A DNA stretch of 37,790 nucleotides from Chiloscyllium plagiosum (Eukaryota): the NCBI RefSeq assembly GCF_004010195.1, contig NC_057720.1:20419293-20457082 (forward strand). Reading direction: 5' to 3'. Position numbers and translations under genes: made by a program. Every line of letters begins with the position of its first letter. The stretch's first letter is position 1. Below, one piece after another: positions 21,879 to 31,893 of the stretch. The notes beneath the pieces were generated by a model. It did no database searches, had not been told where the DNA came from, and worked only from the letters and a program-made list of their open reading frames with translations.

Positions 21879-22791
21879 GTCATACTGGCCATTGGTGAGA
21901 CCACATCTGGAGTTCTATGTACAGCACTGATCTCCTTATTTAATGTAAATGCCTTGGAGGCAGTTCTCAGAAGGTTTACCGGGCTCATGCCTGGAATGGG
22001 TGTTACACCTAATGAGAAAAGGTTGGACAGATTAGGTCGCTGTCTACTGAGTCTATAAGAATCAGAGGTAACTTAATTGAAATGTAAGATAAAAGGGGTC
22101 CTGACACAGTGGCTGTGGGGTGAGATGTTACCTTGTTTGAAGAACCAGGGTTTACTGTTTTACAATAAAATAGTCAATCCAATCCAATCTAGTCCCACCT
22201 GCCAGCACCCGGCCCATATCCCCCCAAACCATTCCTATTCATATACCCATCCAAATGCCTCTTAAATGTTGCAATTGTACCAGCCTTCACCACTTCCTCT
22301 GGCAGCTCATTCCATACATGTACCACCCTCTGTGTGAAAAAGTTGCCCCTTAGGTCTCTTTTTTATATTTTTCCCCTCTCACCCTAAACCTATGCCCTCT
22401 AGTTCTGGACTCCCCAACCCCATAGAAAAGACTTTGTCTATTTATCCTATCCATGCCTGCCCCTCATGATTTTATAAATCTCTATAAGGTCACGTCATAC
22501 TGGCCATTGGTGAGACCACATCTGGAGTTCTATGTACAGCACTGATCTCCTTATTTAATGTAAATGCCTTGGAGGCAGTTCTCAGAAGGTTTACCGGGCT
22601 CATGCCTGGAATGGGTGTTACACCTAATGAGAAAAGGTTGGACAGATTAGGTCGCTGTCTACTGAGTCTAGAAGAATCAGAGGTAACTTAATTGAAATGT
22701 AAGATAAAAGGGGTCCTGACACAGTAGCTGTGGGGTGAGATGTTACCTTGTTTGAAGAACCAGGGGTTACTGTTTTGCAATAAAATAGTCA
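21879..22791. repeat. 298-bp direct repeat (21879-22176 and 22494-22791)
   Basis: Colinear by eye, with 4 substitutions seen. Confidence 0.95.
22177..22493 (-). mobile_element. HER1 internal fragment lacking the 3' tail
   Basis: Near-identical to 24620-24897; lies between the 298-bp repeats. Confidence 0.9.
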
Positions 22792-22862
22792 CCCCATTCT
22801 CTGGAAATCTCTTACTAGGTGGAAACAGAGCCTTTGAATATTCTGAGGCAAAGGTACTTAAA

Positions 22863-23294
22863 TTCTTGTTTTTCTTTTATTTAACCTATTTTACTAATCA
22901 ACCTGTTCAAGGATGTTATTACACACCTCTGGAGCAGGTGGGAATTGAGCCCAGGCCTCCCGCTCTGGACTGAGACAATACCACTGCTCCACAAGAGGGA
23001 GCCTTCTTAGATTTTTTTAAACCTATTTCGTCTAAACAACCTGTTGAGAGATGTTATTGCACACTTGTGGATCAAGTGGAATTTGAACTTGGGCCTCCCA
23101 GTCTGGAGTAGGGACACTACTGCTGTAGCACAGGAGGGCCTCTTCTTAGATTTTAAAAAATTTAGTCTATTTTTGTAATCGACCTGTTCAGTGATGTTAT
23201 TACATAACTCTGGAGTAAGTAGGTCTTGAACCCCAGGCTTTGCAGTCCAGGGGTAGGGATACTACCACCACACTGTAAGAAGGCCCCTTCTTAG
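22863..23294 (-). repeat. Head-to-tail trimer of a ~140-bp tRNA-derived SINE-like unit
   Basis: Units delimited by TTCTT(A)G at 22863, 23004, 23143 and 23288. Minus strand of each has an A-box-like motif (TGGAGCAGTGG in unit 1), a B-box-like motif (GGCTCAATTCC, AGTTCAAATTC, GGTTCAAGACC), a short body and an A-rich end. Confidence 0.8.
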
Positions 23295-24066
23295 ACTTTT
23301 GTTAAGCAAAAGAGTGAAATGTTAACAGGAGTAGGAGGAATATGGGGTAATCAGATCCTATTGAATGGTGGATCAAGTTCAAAGGCTGAGAGGCATACTC
23401 CTACTCCTAATTTATATGTTTGTGTCTTTACAGAAATACAGTCAACCTTTTATTAACCTACAGTTTCCCACAGGACACTTCACTTGCCACTTACTTGACC
23501 TACCCATTACTTTTAGTAGCCTCCTTATGCCCTCCACATAACTTACTTTCATAAATATCTATGTGTCATCAGTAAATTTGGCAACCATTCCTTCAATCCC
23601 TTCACCCAAGTTAGTTATGACTATTGTTAATAGTTCCAGCACCAGCCTCTATGGCATTCCACTCTTACATCTGGACAATCTCAAGAAGACCCATTTTACC
23701 TTCTCTCTGCTTCTGTTAGCCAGCAAATCTTGGATCAATGCTGCTTCTATACCATGAACATTCACTTTCCACAATTGTCTATGATTTGGCCCCTGACCAA
23801 ACGCTTCTAGAAATATGGGCACAGTCTAATCACAGTGTAAGTACAGTACATCAACTGGTGACTTTTTATCCACTTTATATGATACTTCTTCAAACAACTC
23901 GATTAGATTAATTAAACAGTTTCCTTTTCATAGATTGATGTGAGCTCTGCCTAAATACTTTGAACTGACCTAAATACCCTGCAATAATTTATTTAATGCT
24001 TGTAGTATTATTCCTATGGCAGATTTTAGGTTAAGTGGCCTATAGTGGATCAACTATAGTGGATCA

Positions 24067-24199
24067 ACATTCCCGATGTAGGGCATTTGCCCAAAATGTT
24101 GACTCTCCTGCTCCTCAGATGCTGCCTGACCTGCTGTGCTTTTCCAGTGACACACTTTTTGACTCTGATCTCCAGCATCTGCAGTCCTCACTTTCTCCA
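24067..24199 (+). mobile_element. Penelope-type short element with decayed hammerhead motif
   Basis: CCGATGT-A-GGGC-ATTT-GCCC-AAAA-TGTT, then the same body as 15485-15616. Confidence 0.7.
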
Positions 24200-24263
24200 A
24201 ATATCTCACTAGCTAGCTCATTAAAGCACCTAGGATAAAATCCATTAGGACCTTGGCAATTGT

Positions 24264-24451
24264 TACAGGACATTGGTTAGGCCACTGTTGGAATATTGTG
24301 TGCAATTCTGGTCTCCTTCCTATCAGAAAGATGTTGTGAAACTTGAAAGAGTTCAGCAAAGATTTACAAGGTTGCTGCCAGAGTTGGAGGATTTGAGCTA
24401 TAGGGAGAGGTTGAATAGGCTGGGACTGTTTCCTCTGGACCGTCAGAGGCT
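24264..24451 (+). mobile_element. HER1 internal fragment (no tail)
   Basis: LVRPLLEYCVQFWSPSYQKDVVKLERVQQRFTRLLPELEDLSYRERLNRLGLF. Confidence 0.9.
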
Positions 24452-24553
24452 TAACACAGCTCAGTTCGACTTCTCTGGTAATTGTAACTTAGAGTTCCTC
24501 CTTGCCATCCAGTTTTGATTTAAAGCGACTTCTGGGCTGTTTCTTGTATCCTC

Positions 24554-25051
24554 CATAGAGTCATAGAGATGTGCAGCATGGAAACAGACCCTTCGGTCCA
24601 ACACGTCCCTGCCAACCAGATATCCCAATCCAATCTAGTCCCACCTGCCAGCACCTGGCCCATATCCCCCCAAACCGTTCCTATTCATATACCCATCCAA
24701 ATGCCTCTTAAATGTTGCAATTGTACCATCCTTCACCACTTCCTCTGGCAGCTCATTCCATACATGTACCACCCTCTGTGTGAAAAAGTTGCTCCTTAGG
24801 TCTCTTTTCTATTTTTCCCCTCTCACCCTAAGCCTATGCCCTCTAGTTCTGGACTCCCCAACCCCATAGAAAAGACTTTGTCTATTTATCCTATCCAGAC
24901 TCCACTTTCAAGAAGCTATGAACCTGCACTCCAAGGTCTCTTTGTTCAGCAACACTGCCTAGGACCTTACCATTAAGTGTATAAGTCCTGCTAAGATTTG
25001 TTTTCCCATAATGTAGCACCTCACATTTATCTAAATTAAACTCCATCTGCC
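24554..25051 (-). mobile_element. HER1 3' fragment with internal deletion at 24897/24898
   Basis: Tail 'catagagtcatagagatg' at 24554. It jumps from 'ctatcca' to 'gactccactttc', which lie ~340 bp apart in the copy at 17383-18215. Confidence 0.9.
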
Positions 25052-26000
25052 TTGCAAAATACTTGTTCAATTCATTTGCCACCGCTTTATTTTCTGTTAT
25101 CAATCTTTCAGGCTCACTTTCATTAGGTACAATGCCCTTATTTCTTAATATCTTTTTAAACATATTTATAGAAGCTCTTGATATCTGTTTATATGCTTCT
25201 GACTAACTTTTACTTGTGCTCTAATTTTTCCTTTGTTTCTTTATTTCATTCTGTGCTTCTGTATATTCTGCATGATATTTTGACCTGCCACCTATCTTTG
25301 CACAATTACATGCTTTTTAGTTAAGCTTGGCACTATCTTTAACACTTCTGGTTAGCTATAGATGGCAGGTCTGTCATTTTGGAATATTGTTTGCTCTTGG
25401 AATGTGCCTATCTGTGTTGTTCGCAGGGCCCAGTTCTTTTTAAACAGAATGAATATGTACTCTTACTGCTCTTAATGCCTTGATGACTCAAAATAAAATT
25501 TAAAAATCAAAACTTAAAATTTAAACAAAGCCTAGCAGCTAACTGTCAATCATTATCATGCTCCATGACAATGTCTCTACCAATTAGAGTCCACTGGGCA
25601 ACCAATCAGCACCTTCCTCTCACACGGTATAATATTAGTTTGCCTTTTAAAATGGTATTTATTGCAAATTGCTCTAGTGGGTGTAAGATGAAAAGCTGTG
25701 GTAAAATACGCCCTTTTCCAGCAAAACACATTAAAATATTTGCAGGTTTGTGGTTAAAATCAAAGAAGGGAATAATTGGATATCTATTCCAAGAGTGGCA
25801 TTGGCTGAATGCCCTCCTGCTGTACAACAGTACTCTCTAAGTTACTTAGAATACAAACTAAAATTTCTTCTATATGAGGTAAATTAAAGTGCAGCAAGAG
25901 CTGTAATTTCTGGAATTTCTTGAATGCGTCAGAAATTCGAATTTAAATCAGCCTTTGAAAACATAGATGCCAACCCAAATCTAATAGCCAAAGTAAGTCA

Positions 26001-26443
26001 AATTTACCAGAATGTTGCTGGGTATGGAAGGGTTGAGTTGTAAAGAAAGGACTGGATAGGCTGGAAGTTTTTTCACTGGAGCATAAGAGGTTAAGCAGTG
26101 ATCTGATAGAAGTTTATAAAATAATGAGAGGAATAGCTAGAGTTGATGGTAATTGTCTTTTCCCTGAGATAGTGGATTTCAAGACTAGGGGGCACATTTT
26201 TAAGGTGAGAGGATGGAGATTTAAAAAAGACATATGGAGCAATTTTTTTACATGGGGGTATTCATGTGTGGAATGAACTTACAGAGGAAGTGGTGCATGT
26301 GGGTACAAATGCAATATTTAAAAGACATTTGGATAAGTACATGAATAGGAAATGTTTGGAAGGTAATGGGTCAGGAGCAGGCAGGTGGGACTGGTTTAGT
26401 TTGGGATTGCGTTTGGCATGGTTTTGATTCTATGGTTATGACT
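26001..26443 (+). mobile_element. CR1/HER1-related LINE 3' fragment
   Basis: FTRMLLGMEGLS..; 'gtgtggaatgaacttacagaggaagtggtg'; shortened tail. Confidence 0.85.
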
Positions 26444-26853
26444 TGGACTAGAGTCCATCAAATATAAAGGAGTAACAATCTAAATTATTACAAATATCAA
26501 GAGGTATGAAGGAAGACTGGCAAGTAATCAAATCATTAATTCATTGAAATAAATTAATGAAAGAAACAAAGATAATTGAATAAATGGCTTTCATACCATC
26601 TAAATTGCCATCCATTTTGGCTACATTTGTGGTGGAAAATGGAATAAAATTGTTAGTTGCGGCTACTGCCTCTGATCAATTGCATCAATGTCAATGAAAA
26701 TAAAAGTCAGGAGGGAGGTAAAATAAACAACTGAAGTGCTAATACTTGATTAACACCATTCCACACAAAAGCAGTTGATTGGACTTTTTGGCACCTTTTA
26801 AGAAATGCAATCACCTTCACGATAATTAATTTCTAATGCCAAATAGGCCCTTT

Positions 26854-26915
26854 TTCCTGATGAAGGGCTTTTGCCTGAAACGTCGATTTCGAAGCTCCTT
26901 GGATGCTGCCTGAAC
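26854..26915 (+). ncRNA. Minimal hammerhead motif with intact core, in a Penelope-type short element fragment
   Basis: TTC-CTGATGA-A-GGGC-TTTT-GCCT-GAAA-CGTC-GAT (core 26857-26884). Confidence 0.65.
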
Positions 26916-26959
26916 TGGTCATTGTTTTTACCTTTTTGCCAATTATCTTACTTCACAAC

Positions 26960-27090
26960 TAAAATCAAAGCAAAGAATTGTGGGAGCTGGAGATCTGAAA
27001 AAAATAGGAAATGCTCAAAAAATTCAACAGGGCTGGAAGCATCTGTGGAGAGAGAACAACAAAATGAACATTTCAAGTCCAGAATGACAT
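26960..27090 (-). mobile_element. Related Penelope-type short element in opposite orientation, degenerate
   Basis: 'gaattgtgggagctggagatctgaaa..aaatgctc..aattcaacagggctggaagcatctgtggagagag' is reverse-similar to the 'gatgctgcc.gacctgctg..ttccagca..gatctccagcatctgca' body. Confidence 0.5.
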
Positions 27091-27169
27091 TTTATTTTGA
27101 ATTCCTTGCTTCAATTCCTACTTTACAACTCCTGTGAGGCTCTGATCATAATAAGACAACACAGTTACT

Positions 27170-27300
27170 GTACTTAACATTTTGTACCTCAGTACCTTTA
27201 TGCCTGGGATGGCACTGGGAGTGGCAACTTTGTACACTTTTCATTGTGCTCCTGTTCTTCTGTGCTTAAATACTAGTGACAATAAACCTAATTTTAATTC
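27170..27300 (+). mobile_element. LINE 3' tail (Rex1/Babar- or L2-like)
   Basis: 'cttttcattgtgctc..gtgacaataaacctaattttaattc', similar to 21640-21700. Confidence 0.4.
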
Positions 27301-27416
27301 CGTGTTTAGTCCTTCCAGAAACTTAGAAACATTCCAGCTCAGGGTACAGCAGTCCCCATAGAGACTTTCTTCCAGCAGCTTTCTTCAGCTGAGAAATAAG
27401 AAGGGTGCAGTTACAT

Positions 27417-27892
27417 TAGAACATAGAACATAGAACAATACAGCACAGAACAGGCCCTTCGGCCCACGATGTTGTGCCGAACATTTGTCCTAGCTTAAGC
27501 ACCCATCCATGTACCTATCCAATTGCCGCTTAAAGGTCACCAAAGATTCTGACTCTACTACTCCCACAGGCAGTGCATTCCATGCCCCCACCACTCTCTG
27601 GGTAAAGAACCCACCCCTGACATCTCCCCTATACCTTCCACCCTTCACCTTAAATTTATGTCCCCTTGTAACACTCTGTTGTACCCGGGGAAAAAGTTTC
27701 TGACTGTGTCTACTCTATCTATTCCTCTGATCATCTTATAAACCTCTATCAAGTCACCCCTCATCCTTCGCCGTTCCAACGAGAAAAGGCCGAGAACTCT
27801 CAACCTATCCTCGTACGACTTCCTCTCCATTCCAGGCAACATCCTGGTAAATCTTCTCTGCACCCTCTCCAAAGCTTCCACATCTTTCCTAA
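27417..27892 (-). mobile_element. Relatively young CR1 3' fragment
   Basis: EALERVQRRFTRMLPGMERKSYEDRLRVLGLFSLERRRMRGDLIEVYKMIRGIDRVD; (TTCTATG)n tail; CpGs retained. Confidence 0.92.
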
Positions 27893-28286
27893 AATATGTT
27901 AATACTTAACTAAGGAACCACCACAAGCTGCATTTCAGTATAAATAGGGGTCAACCAAGCCAAGCCATTGCACCATTCCTCTCTATCTTCCTCTTTCCAA
28001 TGCTGCACCTCAGCTTCAACTAATTACTCACAGCCATAACCTACAATTTGACAGAACAGATGGGAAGTTATGACATTCCCAATTCAAAGATTCTCAAACC
28101 AAAGTCTCACCGACTTCGGTCATTGAGGTCCAGTATACTGTTGATGTTTAGAGTTCTAGGTCAGTATTGACTCAATCACTTCCATAAACACCTCCCCACC
28201 GATCCTAACATTGACTGCAGCTCCCATTGATCAGAAGTGCAAGATCCTGTAAAACCTTAGTGGCCTCCTTTCAACAAAGGGAGAAG

Positions 28287-28815
28287 CTTCTATGCTATGG
28301 AGACTTGGGCAATCTACAGCATGCATCACAAAGCTTGGAAGAATGCTAAGATCCTTTAATCCTTTGACAAGTGCAGTTGCATCCTCTCCCAAAACCACAT
28401 GCCTAGCATTGAGGTATTACTCACTCAGAACCAGCTCCACTGGATTGGACAGGTCATTCATACGCCTGACAGCACACTTAGACCTTGGTAACAGCAGAAT
28501 GTTCCCAGGAGACCAAAAGACCTTTAGAGATATCCTGCAGTGATCAAACATTCAGCTATCTCAGGAGATTCCCTGCCTTATGACCATCATAGAGAAGGCT
28601 CATTTGGGAAGACACTAAAAACATCAAGAGTGTACACTGGGAACGTTCAGAGGTAGGCCAAGGGAGAGGGGTGTATAAACTTCCAATCAACCATATACCC
28701 AACCCTTCAAGCTTCGCATATGTCAGAGTCATCAGATTGAGCATTAGAACCATCTCAGAATGCATTGAATTGGTGAAGAAGCAACTTATTCTCAAACTTG
28801 TGGGACTGCCTAAGG
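28287..28815 (+). mobile_element. RTE-clade (BovB-like) LINE 3' fragment, old
   Basis: YAMETWAIYSMHHK resembles RTE 'YGSETWT.Y.RH'. MPSIEVLLTQNQLHWIGQVIHTPDS resembles 'PSIE..L...QLRWAGHV.RMPD'. Confidence 0.75.
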
Positions 28816-28883
28816 TGACAGGACAACAGTGAATAGTTAGCCAAGGATTTGTAAAACAAACATTGTATTCACTAGAATGCTAA

Positions 28884-29020
28884 AGGGGGAGATGGTGGCA
28901 TAGTGGTAATATGAATGAAATGGAAGTAAGAGGCGTTGATAGAGTTTAACTTTGATTAATAAATTTGGAATAGAAGGCTAGCAATCAGTAATGGTGACAA
29001 TGAAAACATCACGATTTGCA
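28884..29020 (+). mobile_element. Degenerate SacSINE1/DeuSINE-like fragment
   Basis: A-box 'ggtggcatagtggtaat' and 'aatttggaatagaaggctag..taatggtgacaatgaaaac'. Confidence 0.45.
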
Positions 29021-30321
29021 CAAGCAGCGCTTCCTTTGGAACACGCAAACAGATCTTTTTTGCACACTTTAGAGAGTAGTCAGGCATTTGCTGTAACATC
29101 TCACAAGAAAGTCGGGCACTCTGACAATGCAGCCCAATTACAGCAGCCAAGACTAAATAATCAAGTCTTGGGAGTCAACCCATGATCTTTTCACTCAAAG
29201 GCAAGGTGGCCTTGCCTTAGAAAGTATCCCAGAGGGAAGTTACAGAACATTTCCGTACACAAAAGTTTTTGATTATGGTGATGCCTATAAAATGACAACT
29301 AATCTAGCTTCAAAATGGGATTAAACATTTGAAAAAAAAAGAAATCAAAGAGTGCAATTTTGAGATCCTAAAGTACAAGATGAAAGCCCAAACAAATAAC
29401 ACAAATATCAACATCCAAAGAGTATGAGTAAGGTGGCAGGGGAGAAGAATAAAACAGTTTTTTTTATGCAGCTAGCACACTCTGGAAGCACAGCAAGTAA
29501 TAATCCAAAACAGGAGCTTTGGTACTAGCTTCCAAGATTGATTGAAGAATGTTTTCACATGCTATGTTTAAACGTAGGAGGATTGAGTGGCTCAGTTGGC
29601 TACATTACAGGTTTACAATGCTAATAGTGTGTTCAATCCCTGCATGAACTATGGTAGTACTTGGAGGCCTCTCTGCCTGCCCCACATTTGGGAAACATTG
29701 CTTCAAGATATCCATAATCAATTGTCTATGTCAGTCCTCATCTAATGGGAGAAAGGTTCCTGTGTGGACTATCACTATTTACCCAATTTAATTTTGATCA
29801 CAATTATAAGTACTCCATTGGCAGTCTTATGCACACTAACGACTGGAGTTTGATTAAGACATGCTGTGGAACAGATTCATGACCCTCAAATCACCCATTT
29901 GGCATTTTCCCACAAAAGAGTAGCAGTATTATTGGTCATTTGTTTCTTTAGTGCTTAATCATTCTTTGCTCCTGGGTCTTTTCACTACAGGAAATTAGTA
30001 AAAGGACAGAGAATTTTAATAGCAGAGGTGAACAGCTCCCTCAGCATTTTTTCCAGAGATTCTGAGGGAAGCAGCTAGGAAACAAACGGCTGCACAAGTG
30101 GGGAGGTTAGCATGGTGGGAGGTTCCTCTCACAGCAGAGGGTTCAAAGAGCAGTCAGCAGCTTTCTCTGATGGAGCAGGCTTGTAGACCTAGCATTGAGG
30201 CCAAGTGGCTGCCTTTTTTAAAAATCAGGTCAAATGTAATATTACTGCAGGCTTGTTAGACTAGCAACAGTGCACAATTTTTAACTCTCATTTTGGAGAA
30301 ACGGCTAATCCCAAGTACTGC

Positions 30322-30572
30322 AATGGTACATCACGGGTAAATTACTGGACTAGTAATTCAAAAGGTTAATGGTCTGGGGCACGACTTCAGAACTTGCCCA
30401 AAGTAGTTGGTGAAATTTAAATTTGATCAAAAATCTGGAATATAGCATCAGTCACAGGGTCCGTGACAACCATCAATTGTTGCAATGCCTGGTTTATGAA
30501 TACACTTTAGGGAAGGAAGACTGTCACCATAATCTGGTCTGGCTTAGATGAGACGTCAGACCCTTGGCAGGG
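30322..30572 (+). mobile_element. SacSINE1/DeuSINE-like SINE, truncated by an LTR
   Basis: 'actggactagtaattca..ggtgaaatttaaattt..aaaatctggaat..ctttagggaaggaa..ctggtctggcttagatgagacgtcagaccc' matches my recollection of the shark DeuSINE. Confidence 0.65.
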
Positions 30573-30573
30573 T

Positions 30574-31050
30574 TGTGACAATGTTGCTCCTTTAAGAAGG
30601 TTATGTTGCCCTTGCTTTTCTTCAGAGAGGTTGTAAAAGCAGCAATTCCGAAAAGTTTGGCTTGGATTGGTTTTAGGGCCAATTTGATTATAGCTAACAG
30701 ATACTGGCTCAGGCAAAAGGCTTCCAAGTTTTAAAAAACACGTACAATAAAAGGGGAGTGGCCAGTACTCCCAGCTCAGCTTCTCTCTGGTTTGATTTGG
30801 TTTTGTTTTGCCATCAGGCTGTTCACTGAAAGCAGTCAGGCAGGTTTGAGGCTGCTGATCCAAGAAACAGTGCCAAGGAAGAGGGTGGTCCATGCTGCCA
30901 TCTCTCTCTCTCTCCTGTAAGACCCTATGTTTGATTTTACCTTTCGTGCCACGGGGTGTCCATGGGGATTGTTGCAAGTATTGGGAACAGCATCATTCAG
31001 TTGGGATAATCTGTTGGGTTTTCGGATAGATTAAGTTATTCAGTATTCTG
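30574..31050 (+). mobile_element. Partial LTR (5' portion)
   Basis: Starts TGTGACAATG..TTAAGAAGG..TGCTTTTC..GAGG, similar to the minus-strand start of 13667-14702. Cut off by CR1 ORF1. Confidence 0.6.
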
Positions 31051-31575
31051 GACCCTGGCACCCGGGAGGCAACAAACCATCCGAGAGTCTCGCCCCTGTC
31101 TGCAGAACCGCCTGTCCGTCCCTCTAAATAGAGAGTCTCCTGTAACTAGTGCTCTCCTCCTCTCCCCCTTTCCCTTCTGAGTCTCAGAGCCAGACCTCAC
31201 GCCACAGATCCGGTCACTGCAGCTTACCCCTGCTAGGCTGTCCCCCCCACCAGTATCCAAAGCGGTATACCTATTGTTTAGGGGAATGACTACAGGGGAT
31301 CCCTGCACTGCCTGCTTCCTCCCCTTCCCACCTCTAATTGTTACCCAGCTACCTCTGTTCTCTGGCGTAACTATGTCCCTGTAGTTTCTATCTATCACCT
31401 TCTCAGCCTCTCGAATAATCCTCAGTTCATCCAACTCCAGTTCCAGTTCCCTAACTCGTTCTGTGAGGTGCAGAATCTGACTGCATTTCCTGCAGACGAA
31501 GTCGGCAGGAGTATCGGTGGTCACCCCTACCTCAAACATCCTGCAGGAGGAACATTCCACTGCCTGCGCTGCCAT
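31048..31575 (-). pseudogene. CR1 ORF1 (zinc finger / leucine zipper / SGNH esterase), 3'-truncated
   Basis: ATG at 31575: MAAQAVECSSCRMFE..FVCRKC..L.ERVRELELELDEL..IPLNNRYTALD..ALVTGDSLFRG..VCCLPGARVQ. Frame is uninterrupted. Confidence 0.92.
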
Positions 31576-31889
31576 TACTCTACACTTCGTCTCCAAAGCA
31601 AGAACACTGAGTAGCTTACCTGTGAACTTTAAAGTTAGGTTAGAGGCGGAGGATGGGAGGGAGGCCCTACTATGTAGGGCCTGGGGTATAGAACACACCC
31701 ACTCAAATATCAATCACTTACCTTCCCGACCAGCTCTGCACTCCAACCTCACTTCCGCCCAGCTCGCGCCGCTCTCTGCTGAGAAAAGACCGTTGGCGTC
31801 GAGGTAAGTTCTTTATATATCACTTACCTTCCCGACCAGCTCTCCGCTCCAACCTCACTTCTGCCCAGCTCGCGCCGCTCTCTGCTGAG
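31576..31889 (-). promoter_or_regulatory. CR1 5'UTR with 71-bp direct repeat (31713-31783, 31819-31889)
   Basis: CpG-rich. Minus strand has the ETS-like GGCGGAAGTG in one copy and GGTAAGT donor-like sites in both copies. Confidence 0.7.
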
Positions 31890-31893
31890 GCCT

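Larger units (their letters stand above)
21710..23425 (+). mobile_element. Old CR1 3' fragment, disrupted by a duplication, a HER1 piece and a SINE trimer
   Basis: 'gccattggtgagaccacatctggagttctatgtacag' (LVRPHLE..VQ); 3'UTR 'ttgaatggtggatcaagttcaaaggctgagaggcatactcctactcct' at 23360-23410. Confidence 0.8.
23480..25410 (-). mobile_element. Old, fragmented CR1 ORF2 hosting several younger insertions
   Basis: Minus-strand KFTDDT at ~23560-23580 (RT FADDT motif) and LITENKAVANELNKYFA at ~25055-25105. Confidence 0.7.

Noticed and set aside
25920..25999. Short frame MRQKFEFKSAFENIDANPNLIAK ending at a GTAAGT donor-like site
   Set aside because: Too short, with no acceptor or homology support; could be chance.
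27300..27405. Minus-strand acceptor cttatttctcag followed by short open frames
   Set aside because: No convincing donor and no recognisable protein.
29960..30110. Minus-strand branch point and acceptor followed by LLPSESLEKMLRELFTSAIKILCPF; short CCCTCAG/CTGAGGG hairpin
   Set aside because: All three frames stop within ~30 codons and the stem is too short to be meaningful.
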